DNA of 18,095 nt from Octopus sinensis. Taxonomy: Eukaryota. The stretch's first letter is position 1, and every line of letters begins with the position of its first letter. Under the pieces are notes generated by a model. The model did no database searches, was not told the DNA's origin, and saw nothing but the letters and a program-made list of their open reading frames with translations. Below are positions 1-10,483 of this stretch, in pieces. The DNA lies in NCBI RefSeq assembly GCF_006345805.1, contig NW_021824578.1, positions 1-18,095 of the forward strand. Reading direction: 5' to 3'. The translations under genes and the position numbers were made by a program.

Positions 1-58
1 GATGGTAGTGGTGTTGGTGAAGTGACGGTGTTGGTGATGGCGATGGTGGTGGTGTGCT
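1..58. repeat. (GGT/GAT)n-like low-complexity tract
   Basis: Imperfect TGG/TGA triplet repeats at the window start. Confidence 0.6.
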
Positions 59-62
59 GATT

Positions 63-165
63 AGTACTAAGCTTACAAAGAATAAGTCCTGGGGTGGATT
101 TGTTCGACTTAAGGTGGTGCTCCAGCATGGCCGCAGTCAAATGACTGAAACAAATAAAAATAATA
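63..165 (+). mobile_element. SINE family A, 3' fragment
   Basis: cttacaaagaataagtcc...ggtgctccagcatggccgcagtcaaatgactgaaacaaataaaa is nearly identical to the 3' end of the full copy at 9726-10121. Confidence 0.9.
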
Positions 166-179
166 ACAGAAAAAAAGAA

Positions 180-220
<41 letters not shown>

Positions 221-251
221 TTGTGTGTGAGTTAACATGAGGAAGATATCT

Positions 252-829
252 CTTTAGAATTTTCAAGCGTGCTACATACGATCGTTGGTACTCGTCTCCG
301 TTTTGAACGAGAATACATGAGGTTACACGAGACTATACGGGATTTCGAAATAAATGAATTAATATGCAGATCATGTGAGGAAAACTACACATAATGCAGG
401 TGCGTATGTAATATATATATGTGTGTGTGTGTGTGTGTGTTTGAGTGTGGATAAGCATATATGTGTATGCATATACATATGTGTGTTTCTGCTTGCTTGT
501 GTATGTGTGTCCTGTGTGTGTATATATTTTGTGTATATGTTCATGTTCACGTATATGTATATTTATATTTGTATTTATAAATTTGGACGTGCACGAGCGT
601 TTTCACATAAGATGATTAAGAAATAAGTATACCATGGTAGACGCAGTCTCTTGAAAATATCCGGGGCTTATGCAAGGGAGATAACAATTAAGATTTCCTT
701 ATAAGTTTCCTCCCATGATCTATATATTTATTTCGAAATCTCGTACAGTCTCGTGTAACTTGGTGTATTCTCATCCAAAATGAAGATGAGTACCTACGTT
801 CCTATGTGGTACGTTTCAATATTGTAAAG
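252..829. mobile_element. Old MITE-like element with ~100-bp degenerate terminal inverted repeats
   Basis: 252-355 is the approximate reverse complement of 726-829 (ggtactcgtctccgttttgaacgagaatacatgaggttacacgagactatacgggatttcgaaataaat vs ggtactcatcttcattttggatgagaatacaccaagttacacgagactgtacgagatttcgaaataaat). The interior is non-coding and microsatellite-rich. No TSD was resolved. Confidence 0.7.
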
Positions 830-1378
830 CAATCTCTCTTTATATGAAACCACAAGTAGCGTTCTTAAACTACAAATAAAAAAATATCTATCCGCTAATG
901 CGATGTTCAGCACGCATTCTCACTGTTGTGTATGTGTGTGTGCGCGCGCCTGCTATGTAGTACTAGTAATAAAGATAAAAATAAAAAGTAATGATGAATA
1001 AAGAAAACATTATTATTATTACACACATACACATACACATATACACATATATATACATACACACATACACATATATAAGCAGGTATCCATACGTATACAT
1101 GAGTGTATATATATATATATATGTATAAAATATATATATAAAAAAAATACAAAATGGGACAAGAACGCAAAACACTCAAATAGACGACACAAAAAACGGA
1201 CGGGTCATTCGAAGCCTCTAATCTTCAGTCAAGAACCGGATCATCCTCGCAATTTCGGCTGATTAATCTTGAGATCGCTCCGATCCGGCCAGCCCCAAGT
1301 AAAAACTAAGCTACGAGCATTAGATTTCTTGGAAAAAGGATCGAATGTATACAAAACAAGGACATACATACATACATA

Positions 1379-1758
1379 CACAAAGTTATTCAAAAACAAT
1401 GAATCGATTTCATTCCGCAATATTTTAATAAGGAAAAGCAATAGAAAACTTCAAGTATTTACTCACAATGAACTCTTATTTCCTGTCGTCCAAGTGTTCA
1501 ATGTGGCCACCACCTGCAGCACGGGCAACATCAGTGCGATAAGAGAATTCCTACCGGACGCTGGTATTTATAGAGTGTTGAACACTTTCGGTATGCAAAT
1601 TAGGGACTCCTTCATAGAGAAACTGCTGCATTTGTTGAGTATATAAACAGTTTGGCTGCTTGTTTCTCTGGAGACTGTCGGAATGATGTAGACGCCTCCA
1701 ATGGGAACTCAACAAAGTTCCCAAATCGATTAAATTTGTTCATTTTTTTTTCACTCTG
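1379..1758 (-). mobile_element. Internally deleted Tc1/mariner-superfamily DNA transposon remnant with transposase C-terminus
   Basis: Minus strand 1550->1476 encodes EFSYRTDVARAAGGGHIEHLDDRK*, matching the E-F/L-x-Y-R-x-D-V-x-R-x-x-x-G-x-H-I-E-H-L C-terminus I recall from rosa/maT-like transposases. The ends caaagttattcaaaaacaatgaatcgattt (+, ~1380) and cagagtgaaaaaaaaatgaacaaattt (-, ~1758) look like degenerate TIRs. No DDD/E core is present. Confidence 0.6.
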
Positions 1759-2520
1759 CGGAGAAATGGCTAAAATTTGCCATGCTTAAACCTCCTATAA
1801 TACACAACATGAAACAAAACTAGATAGGAAATCATTAATATTCAAAATATACTCTACAAGATTCCTCTCAAAATAGAGGATTAATCATGAAAGCTATACT
1901 CACAACAACATAGTGCAAGCTAAAATCAACATGCATTAGTCGTGGCCAAAAGAACGTGTCGTACTGGTATTATATATTTATAAGGCTAACTATAAAACAT
2001 TGAAATTCCAGAAGGAATAACAAAACCATTTGATCTGGTTGCTATAAAGTGACAGCAACGCAGATGAACATCAATCATTTCATAGAAAGTATAAAAACGG
2101 GAAGTTCTAGAAACGTTGACGATACATTTGGGAAATTTACTGTCCGAAGTAATCTATAGGAATGTCATATAACAAAACTATGTAAAAAAAAATGAAAGAA
2201 AACTTAAAGAAGATAAGGCTAAAAAGCGGTCATGTGTTAATAGATGTATAAAAGGAAGTTGCTCCACTGACATACATGCATACATGCTTACATATGTTTA
2301 TATACAGGTATACACACACACAAACACATATATATGTACACATATATGCGCATATATTTATAATCTCATATACATATACATACATTTATATAATCTCGTA
2401 TATATATGATTTTCTTAAAAGTTATTAACTATTTAAAAATGTTTTTCAAAAACAGAATGAAGTTTTCGTGTTGTGTGAGTGCTTTCGCCGTTTTCAAACA
2501 CACGTGCTTATACATACATC

Positions 2521-2570
2521 CATACATACATACATACATACATACATACATACATACATACATACATACA

Positions 2571-2600
<30 letters not shown>
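2521..2600. repeat. (CATA)20 microsatellite
   Basis: Perfect tetranucleotide run read directly from the sequence. Confidence 0.95.
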
Positions 2601-2601
<1 letters not shown>

Positions 2602-2624
2602 CTGTATGTATGCATGTATGTATA

Positions 2625-2832
2625 CTCTTTTATTATTTTACTTGTTTCAGTCATTTGATTGTGGCCATACTGGAGCATCGCCTTTAGTCGAGCAAATCGA
2701 CCCCAGGACTTATTCTTTGTAAGTCTAGTGCTTATTCTATCGGTCTCTTTTGCAGGACCGCCAAGTCACGGGACGTAAACACACCAGCATCAGTTGTCAA
2801 GCGATGTTGGGAGGACAAATATAGACACAATG

Positions 2833-2864
<32 letters not shown>

Positions 2865-3063
2865 ATATATATAATATATATATATATATATACATCTATA
2901 CGACAGGGTTCTTTCAATTTCTGTCTACCAAATCCACTCACAAGGCTTTGGTCGACCCGAGGCTATAGTAGAAGACACTTGCCCAAGGTGCCATGCAGTG
3001 GGACTGAACCCGGAACCATGTGGTAGGTAAGCAAGCTACTTACCACACAGCCACCCCTGCGCC
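2625..3063 (-). mobile_element. SINE family A, full length (tRNA-derived head, CORE-like cttgggcaagtgtctt segment, internal (TA)n)
   Basis: Reverse complement of the 9726-10121 copy, with box A TGGCTGTGTGG and box B GGTTCAGTCC. A TSD-like tatgcatgtat occurs at 2609 and 3064. Confidence 0.93.
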
Positions 3064-5140
3064 TATGCATGTATATGTATGTAGATGTATAAAACGTTAC
3101 TAATAAAAACAAGTATTATCTTAAACAGATATTCAACTCAACAGCTAATTACTTTAACAATATTTTAGAAAATAACTGTTTCAAGGAAACAATGTTTCAC
3201 ACTTAATGTGGTGCAGGCTCCGAGAAACTAAAGCAAAATATAAAACACAACCGTACCAAACCGTATTGATTTAATCGAGTCCGCAGCCTGAAAGGCGAAT
3301 CTAGCATAGGAAGAAACATTTTGGAATTAATCTTAAAAGATTTCTCTACCGAAAGTTATTTATAAATGTTTTTAACTACAAAAACGTTAAGGTGAGCTAC
3401 ATATGTCTTTCCAGCGACAGTCACATTATTGCAAATAACGCTTATAATAATCCCCGTATTATTGTAAGATAGGTTCTCAATCGTAGCCACCTGGTTACGT
3501 ATGTGAAGCTATCTCACAAAAAATTCGATAGATAGCTATCCTGATATTTAGAAGGGATATGCTCTCCGATATTGACAACAGAGCTATTTTAAAACCTTTG
3601 AAACCTATTACATTGATCGCAATTGTAATTCTGACGTGATAGCTTAAGTTCAGAAACACATTAAAATATATAAAAGCTATAAAGGACCATTAAAAACCAT
3701 TTTATCTTTAAAACCAGCTTTAAATTTGTAGTATGAGCAGCACCGTGATGTCAAACTATGTGTGGCACCTAAAAGAGAGGCATACTAATTTTGTTGGCTC
3801 GTTAACAGAAACTGCATAAACAGAAATTCCGTAATCTAATATTTACTAAAACAACAGACATTGTAAACAAAACATCTGAGTTCATGTGCGAGTGCTGTTA
3901 TGAGAATAAATATCGCCCATTTTAATTATAACAAAACACCTGAAGCAGATTAATCCGTTACGTATAGATTGGATTAATTTTCAGTCTATGCAACTGGTTT
4001 TGAAGGTGTAGTTACAACACATTGTTTAACCTATGGTTTAACATAAACAGCCGACAAATCTGTTGTGGAAGGATCCTGACTACTCCCACGTGAGGGAAAG
4101 TGGACTTACACATTTTAATAAAATAAAATAAACTGGCAGTTGACAATGGGAAGTAAATAGCGTTGATCGTTCTTATTGGATAAGTGTAAGTTTAATATCG
4201 TACCTGCGTTTGGTGTAATACGGAGAAGTTCCTTGTGAACGTATTAATTCTGTGAAAGGTTATTCTAGATAACTATATCCAAATAAATTAGAAATATTAA
4301 ATTTCTAAATATCTCAGAGAAATATGAGCGGTGGTGGAGCGATAGAGCGGTTGTATACTGTCAACTTAACGTGACAGTCCCGTAAAGGGAATCACATCAC
4401 CGCTATTTAGCCCTAGGAAGCATCGACGCTTCCTGTCGGCTTTGACACATTTCCTGTGTCCTTATATTTACGAAGGGGAGACAAGCACCCCCAACAGCTA
4501 GGCCTGCATCTATATCCAAATATTTATTTGGGTAATACTATTCTACACTAACCTGCACCACAACGTCGTCATAACATTATTGCCGACGAGGTATACAACC
4601 TCTCGAAGACATAACAAAGTCTGAAAAATATATTCATTATTGAGAGATTTTGTTCATTGATAGAGAAGAATGCAGTTTATTTACTGTCAGCCAGTTACTT
4701 TGTTCATCTCTGGTGAGTGAGCTAATTCTTAGAGACGTATCTTATTTCGATATTTTAATATCTTCAAACATGGACAGTGAAGAAGAGAAGCTGAATATGA
4801 TTATAAATAAGAAACCAATACCTGAGCTGGCTCAACAGCGTTAAAGCATGAAAATAATTAGAAGACTGCAAACTGCGCGCAACAACAAGAAAAGGGATTG
4901 TGTAGTTCTACTACTAAGAGACTTGTTTTCAATGTTTATTTTCTGTTTCTAATGAGAATGTGTGGGTTAAGATCCGGGTATTGATATTTGCATAACTTGC
5001 ATAATTCTGTGAGTAAATCTGAGAAATCTGTTGTGTATTGTATCTCAGGGATAAGGTTTTTGTTCATAATTTGTTTTGTTCATGCCTCCGTCCTTAACCG
5101 GATGATTATTTATGACACATGCCTGATATCATATATCATA

Positions 5141-5229
<89 letters not shown>

Positions 5230-5454
5230 CTTTACTACCCACAAGGGGCTAAACACAGAGAGAACAAATAAGGACAGACAAACGGATTAAGTCGATTATA
5301 TCGACCACAGTGCGTAACTGGTACTTATTTAATCGACCCCGAAAGGATGAAAGGCAAAGTCGACCTCGGCGGAATTTGAACTCAGAACGTTACGGCAGAC
5401 GAAATACGGCTAAGCATTTCGCCCGGCGCGCTAACGTTTCTGCCAGCACGTTCG

Positions 5455-5504
<50 letters not shown>
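5141..5504. repeat. (TATC)n microsatellite split by a SINE B insertion (22 units at 5141-5228, 12 units at 5457-5504)
   Basis: The same TATC unit lies on both sides of the SINE. Confidence 0.9.
5229..5450 (-). mobile_element. SINE family B monomer (tRNA-derived)
   Basis: Reverse complement of head plus unit 1 of the array at 10484, with box A-like tggcagaaacgttagc and box B gagttcaaattcc. Confidence 0.93.
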
Positions 5505-5507
<3 letters not shown>

Positions 5508-5510
5508 TTA

Positions 5511-6411
5511 TCAGGTCATCCCATAAATAATGCGGTTTATTTTATACTTCTTTTATTCTTCAAAATTAAGATAATAAAGTTATTTTTAAAACTAATATAT
5601 ACTCTCTTTCATTTTCTACAGTGCTCTTCTATCTATCTGGTAGACTTGCAAGGCCCTCTTTCCGAAATTCACTTGTCCGGGATGAAAAATACTCCAGTAC
5701 TGTTCTGATCTCATCTACAGAATTCATATTTTTTCCGTCCAAATGATTTTGAAGACTGTGGAATAAATGATAATCGGATAGGGCAATGTCCAGTGAATAT
5801 GGTAGGTGGGGCATCGTTTTCCATTCAAACTGCTCCAGCCTTTGGAATGTTATTCTCGCTGTATGTGGCTGAGCATTATCCTGATGGGAGAATACCTTTC
5901 GTCTTGAAACCAAAGATGGTCGTTTTTCTGCAAGCGCTGACTTGAATGACATGCTGAATGACAAAATCCAAGCTTCTCTGTTAGTTTCTCAACAGTTATG
6001 ATGGGATTTTCTTCCACCAGGCTTTGCAGGACATACTCATCGAGCTCTACAGACCTCCCTGGACGGGGCTGGTCTTCTAGGCTGTAGTTTCCGGTTCGGA
6101 ATTGACATTAGCTTATGCTTATTGTCCGGTCCCCACATACTGCATAAATATTTCTCTTTCCATTGCGTTTTTGCCTTTATTGAACTGATAAAACAAAACA
6201 TGCCGAATAAGCTTCTTTGTCACTTTCATTCTAACTTTGAAAAAATAGCTGTTAGAATCAAACATATTCTTCAAAACTTGCACTAAGAATAAGTACAAGG
6301 TAAAAGTACTGTCTGGTTTTATAGCAAGTTGATGCAGGTAAGTTATCCCGTCCCCTTCCGACTTTTTGTTCATGCAATTGAAAAAATTGCATAATTTATG
6401 GGAAGACCCAA
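5511..6411 (-). mobile_element. Mariner transposon, internally deleted and decayed (Hsmar1/cecropia- or mellifera-like)
   Basis: TIRs tcaggtcatcccataaataatgcggttt and ttgggtcttcccataaattatgcaattt (22/28 identical by hand), each flanked by TA (5509-10, 6412-13). Peptides: N-terminal IRHVLFYQFNKGKNA; HTH FRTGNYSLEDQPRPGRSVELDEYVLQSLVEENP; catalytic HQDNAQPH and PHLPYSLDIALSDYHLF. Stops and frameshifts are present. Confidence 0.93.
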
Positions 6412-6427
6412 TATATTTATTCATTCA

Positions 6428-6604
6428 TTCTTTTCTTCTTTTACTTGTTTCAGTCACTTTGACTTCGGCTATGCTGGAGCACTGCCTTTAGTCGAACAAA
6501 TCGACCCCTTAATAAGCCTAGAAGACACCTACCTATGGTGCCATGCGGTGGGGATGAACCCGGAGTTATGTGGTTGGGAAGCAAGATTTTTACGATGCAG
6601 CTAC
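6428..6604 (-). mobile_element. SINE family A, internally deleted and diverged copy
   Basis: The tail (ttacttgtttcagtca...aaatcgacccc) joins almost directly to the head (tagaagacac...ggtgccatgcggtggggatgaacccgg); the middle is missing. Confidence 0.85.
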
Positions 6605-6612
6605 ATACATAA

Positions 6613-6654
<42 letters not shown>

Positions 6655-6689
6655 ATTGATTAAAAAAAGCAGCCACACGCAATGTGTTA

Positions 6690-6920
6690 TCATAAAGGAA
6701 AAGTATAATTGTCGCTAAATGCACTTCGGCCCTTGGTGGTTAAAAGATGTTGCCAAAGGGATATGGTGCTGCATTCAAAGGCATTTGGGATCGATGTTAA
6801 GCCTCTTCCGCCTTGTTTTCGTCTTAGGTAGAGGCGGTTTACATCACTGTTTATGTTGAATTTATATGTGCTTGTTAGTATTTTTTGGGTTTTCACGTCA
6901 ATGGCTCGGATCTCATCAAT
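6690..6920 (-). mobile_element. Non-LTR retrotransposon fragment, RT thumb region, probably RLE-type (R4/Dong-like)
   Basis: [44 protein letters not shown] matches the ELxxLDxKTRKxLT...SDVDRLYLPRKxGGRGL motif. The clade call is from memory. Confidence 0.75.
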
Positions 6921-7042
6921 GTATGTATGTATGTATGCATGTATGTATGTATGTATGTATGTATGTATGTATGTATGTATGTATATGTGTGTGTGTATGT
7001 ATGTATATGTGTGTGTATGTATGTATGTAGTATGTATGTATG

Positions 7043-7077
<35 letters not shown>

Positions 7078-7096
7078 GATATAGATATATATATAT

Positions 7097-7135
<39 letters not shown>
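6921..7135. repeat. Compound (TATG)n/(TG)n/(TA)n microsatellite
   Basis: Read directly from the sequence. Confidence 0.95.
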
Positions 7136-7375
7136 CAACAACTTGTTGACTAGCTTTCCTTCGATTTCAGCACAACGTATTTCTGTAGTGGGTATATAAT
7201 AACATGTGGAAATTGACGATTTAAAAGTCTGTTATCAGCATATTGGCATGGAAATAATTTTCTTTTGCCCTTATTTATAAGTTGTTTATAATTCTAGCCT
7301 TTAAAGGTATTTTAATATGCTGCCACTTTTTGATGAAAACTTTTTCTCTAAAAAATTCTTCATCCTATATTAGTA

Positions 7376-7413
<38 letters not shown>

Positions 7414-7480
7414 CAAAAGTTTATATGCCTACAAATATATGTATGCATTGATATGCATGTAGTATTGCAAGCCACAAAAC

Positions 7481-7638
7481 CTTTTTTTATTTTCTCTCTC
7501 CTGTTTCTTTCTTCTGTCCTTCTTTCTGTCGAGAGCGTAGGCTCGAAACGTAAAATACTTTCTCACTTCTCGAGCGTTAAACTGATACATCTGTTTGTTG
7601 TTTACACACCCGTCTTTTTTTTTTGGTAAATCTCAGTG

Positions 7639-7640
<2 letters not shown>
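7481..7640 (+). mobile_element. Short hammerhead-bearing interspersed repeat (copy 1)
   Basis: Homologous along its length to the reverse complement of 12514-12672 (gagcgtaggctcgaaacgtaaaa...gagcgtta...atacatctg.ttgtt...gtaaa.ctc). It abuts (TA)n. Confidence 0.85.
7522..7556 (+). ncRNA. Minimal type-I hammerhead motif, probably decayed (core CUGUCGA, A6->U)
   Basis: cttt-CUGUCGA-GAGC(GUAG)GCUC-GAAAC-GUA-aaat. The invariant A6 is mutated. Confidence 0.5.
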
Positions 7641-7689
<49 letters not shown>

Positions 7690-7690
<1 letters not shown>

Positions 7691-7894
7691 GTGTGTGTGA
7701 CCGCGTGTGTACCGTTGTTTTTTTTCTCCGTTTTCCCTTCCGTGGATCTTTCCTTTTTCTATGTTTCTGACGAAGAGCTCCGCTCGAAACGTTAAACCCT
7801 CCTTCTTTTCTTCTTTCCTGAGCGTCCAATAATACTATACTTGTTCCACGTCCTCGCATTGTTGTGTTTTCTCTTTGTGTTTTCATGTTTGGAT

Positions 7895-7897
<3 letters not shown>
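7690..7897 (+). mobile_element. Short hammerhead-bearing repeat, related subfamily (copy 2)
   Basis: Same layout as copy 1: pyrimidine-rich leader, hammerhead, downstream ttcctgagcgt motif. Bounded by (TA)n on both sides. Confidence 0.65.
7763..7797 (+). ncRNA. Minimal type-I hammerhead ribozyme motif, intact core
   Basis: Helix I GUUU/AAAC; core CUGACGA plus extra A; helix II GAGC(UCC)GCUC; GAAA; palindromic ACGU helix III; predicted cleavage after GUU at 7793. Confidence 0.75.
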
Positions 7898-7926
<29 letters not shown>

Positions 7927-8065
7927 GATCAATAAATGGTGGGGTTGTGTTGACCGCACGTGGAGAAATGATAAGTAAGGAAAAATTCTTTTTAAAATGC
8001 AGAATGCTCAAATGAAAGAAAATTTTAATAAAATGAGAAAATGATAAAATATATAAATATATATT

Positions 8066-8106
8066 TATTCAACCGGTTTTCGTCATTGTATGACTTGTCA
8101 AGAATA
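8066..8106 (-). ncRNA. Hammerhead-like motif with U3-A8 core variant (left arm)
   Basis: Exact reverse complement of 8408-8448. Confidence 0.5.
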
Positions 8107-8407
8107 TTTATGTTTTAAGAAGTTTTTTTAAAAATTAGAAAGGGGAAAAAAAAGAAAATTGCATCCTGCAAACATGCTGAATTTAACAACACAACACAAC
8201 ACATGCTCTTAATCCCTTTGGATCTTAACACCTCAAGGTAATTTTTTGGTAAACAACCATAAAACTCAAGATACACAACGAACTCACAATGTATCGGAGA
8301 ACTTATTTTTTAATTTTTGTACTTTTTTATCATTATTCTTTTACAAAAAACAATGCAATTTTCTTTTTTTCCCCTTTCTAATTTAAAAAAAATTCTTAAA
8401 ACATAAA

Positions 8408-8448
8408 TATTCTTGACAAGTCATACAATGACGAAAACCGGTTGAATA
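8408..8448 (+). ncRNA. Hammerhead-like motif with U3-A8 core variant (right arm)
   Basis: Helix I UAUUC/GAAUA; core UUGACAA; helix II GUCA(UACAA)UGAC; GAAAA (one extra A); palindromic ACCGGU helix III; candidate GUU site. Confidence 0.5.
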
Positions 8449-8561
8449 AATATATATTTATATATTTTATCATTTGCTCATTTTATTAAAATTTTCTTTC
8501 ATTTGAGCATTCTGCATTTAAAAAAAAATTTTCCTATACTATAGATATATATAGATATATA

Positions 8562-8595
<34 letters not shown>

Positions 8596-8625
8596 ATATA
8601 TGGTTATGTATGTAAGTATGCACGT

Positions 8626-8662
8626 GACCGCAGCCGCATGACTGAAACGAGTAAAAGAAAAA
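8626..8662 (+). mobile_element. SINE family A tail fragment
   Basis: gaccgcagccgcatgactgaaacgagtaaaagaaaa resembles the family A 3' end. Confidence 0.6.
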
Positions 8663-9224
8663 TACTTACATATACTACCAGAATATCCGGGATTACCTTA
8701 GATAAAATACAGCTGTAATTGACCAAGTGTTATTCTTATTTTAAGTGTTTTCGATTCGAAATATTAATTTTTACAGAAGAAATTTTATTATTTTCGTCAG
8801 CGTTTATAAGCAATCCCGTGTGTAATGAATGGACTGTTCTCCAGATTTTTAATATGAAAAGTTTATTTCATAATCTAATTGTGTAAACGACATAAATAAT
8901 CAAATTGAAACGTATTATAAAAATACACGGTTAAGTGAAAGGGAATATAGTTTAATTTCATTTAAACTATTGTGTTGCAATGCATCTGGGATGCTTTATA
9001 CATTATATTATTCTCTCGTAGTTTTAATAGTGCTGTCTTTGTATTTTAGAATGATGTCATGTTTTCCAATATGGCTCTGCATTTATGAGAGGAACCTCGT
9101 TGTATTCATGTCCATAGAAACGATGTGTGTTTCTGTTAAAAATGATCTTTTCTGCTCATTAGTGATGCAGACTCCAAGACATACTCGAGATTCTTGACAC
9201 AGCTGTTCTTTACATGAACCATAT

Positions 9225-9485
9225 AATATATAATAAATGCGCCCTTTTAAAGCCTAGCCAGGCTCATGGGCCCAGTTTCCCGGTTTCTATGGCTTATGTG
9301 TTCCCCAGCTGGACGGGATGCCAGTCCATCAGAGCGTTACTCATTTTTGCCAGCTGAGTGAACCGGAGCAACGTGAAATGAAGTGTGTTACTCAAGAACA
9401 CAAGGCGTCGCCCGGTCCAGGAATCGAAACGACAATCTTACGATCATGGTGCTGACACCCTAACCACTAAGCCACGCGCCTCCAC
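9225..9485 (-). mobile_element. SINE family C, full length, with 13-bp TSD
   Basis: Box A TGGCTTAGTGG and box B-like GTTTCGATTCC. TSD acatgaaccatat at 9212-9224 and 9486-9498; the LINE frame is continuous across it. Confidence 0.92.
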
Positions 9486-9725
9486 ACATGAACCATATTG
9501 TGAAGTTTAGGACTCAAATTAAACGCTATGCCAGTGAAGATGAAAGAGAGGCCCAGTGCAAAGCATTCATATACCTAGACAGCAGCATCTCAGATAATGC
9601 ACGTCTGGACCAGAAGATCACACACAGGAGAAGAGCTAGCGCTTCATTCGGCAGGATGAAGGAGAGGCTGTGGAAAAATTGGCACGTTTCTATACGTATC
9701 AAATGTAAGATATACGCGCAGTATA

Positions 9726-10121
9726 GGCGCAGGAGTGGCTGTGTGGTAAGTAGCTTGCTAACCAACCACATGGTTCCGGGTTCAGTCCCACTGCGTGGCA
9801 TCTTGGGCAAGTGTCTTCTGCTATAGCCCCGGGCCGACCAATGCCTTGTGAGTGGATTTGGTAGACGGAAACTGAAAGAAGCCTGTCGTATATATGTATA
9901 TATCTATTTATGTGTGTGTGTTTATGTGTCTGTGTTTGTCCCCTTAGCATTGCTTGACAACCGATGCTGGTGTGTTTTGCGGTTCGGCAAAAGCGACCGA
10001 TAGAATAAGTACTGGGCTTACAAAGAATAAGTCCCGGGGTCGATTTACTCGACTAGAAGGCGGTGCTCCAGCATGGCCGCAGTCAAATGACTGAAACAAA
10101 TAAAAGGGTAAAAGAGAAAAG
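9726..10121 (+). mobile_element. SINE family A, full length, inserted in the RTE
   Basis: Box A/B, CORE-like segment, internal TA/TG microsatellite and A-rich tail. Short TSD candidates: tatac (restores KIYQAIV) or agtata. Confidence 0.94.
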
Positions 10122-10483
10122 AGTATACCAGGCTATAGTGCTTTTTCCCCTGCTGTATGGAACTGAAACCTGGACAGTCTTTAAATCTCAAGTAGACAAT
10201 TTACGTATATAAATTATGAAACAGCTGCTAGGAACCATGACTATTATTCTCTTTTTACAGAATCAGGAACGAAGGGTTCTTGCGGCTTATTGGTCTCTCT
10301 CCGATGATGGAAATCGTCATTGAGCGAAATTTACTTTGGGTGGGACGCGTACACGGGATGGACAACAAGAGATTCTCCAGACAAATCCTCTACTCCCAAC
10401 TATCCAAGGGTAAAATAAACCATGGAAGACCTAGACTGATAATCAAAGGCGCTGCAAAAGGGAACATAAAGTGGAAAGGAATT

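Larger units (their letters stand above)
7978..8535. repeat. Foldback: ~185-bp near-perfect inverted arms (7978-8164, 8353-8535) around a 188-bp spacer
   Basis: The arms are reverse complements, differing mainly in homopolymer lengths and a few substitutions. Confidence 0.95.
9145..10483 (+). mobile_element. RTE-clade LINE ORF2 fragment (late RT/thumb), degenerate and interrupted by SINEs
   Basis: In order: AH..LQDILEILDTAV (9145-9224); FIYLDSSISDNARLDQKITHR..ASASFGRMKERLWKNWHVSIRIKCKIY (to 9715); YQAIVLFPLLYGTETWT (10126+); LLWVGRVHGMDNKRFSRQILYSQLSKGKINHGRPRL. These match RTE motifs YLGS, ASxAFGRL, LLYGxETW and LRWxGHVxRM...GRP. Confidence 0.9.

Noticed and set aside
1195-1365. Hammerhead-like CUGAAGA...CGAA on the minus strand in a segment I recall as an Octopus repeat
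   Set aside because: Helices I and II cannot be formed convincingly and GAAA is incomplete. It is single-copy in this window, so repeat status is not shown by the sequence.
1269-1646. 125-aa plus-strand ORF
   Set aside because: It spans a repeat, a CATA microsatellite and the antisense of the transposon remnant.
1467-1755. Minus-strand exon with ctccgcag acceptor and gtgagt donor
   Set aside because: All three frames contain stops. The acceptor overlaps a probable TIR and the segment encodes a transposase C-terminus.
4650-4970. Short ORF MDSEEEKLNMIINKKPIPELAQQR as a gene or transposase start
   Set aside because: Short, stops early, no recognisable motif and no convincing splice context.
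7140-7330. Upstream continuation of the RLE-type RT beyond the microsatellite
   Set aside because: Translations do not show the expected upstream motifs.
9726-9800. tRNA genes at SINE heads (also 9420-9485, 10484-10562, 15400-15467)
   Set aside because: Box A/B are present, but there is no complete cloverleaf and the heads continue into repeat bodies.
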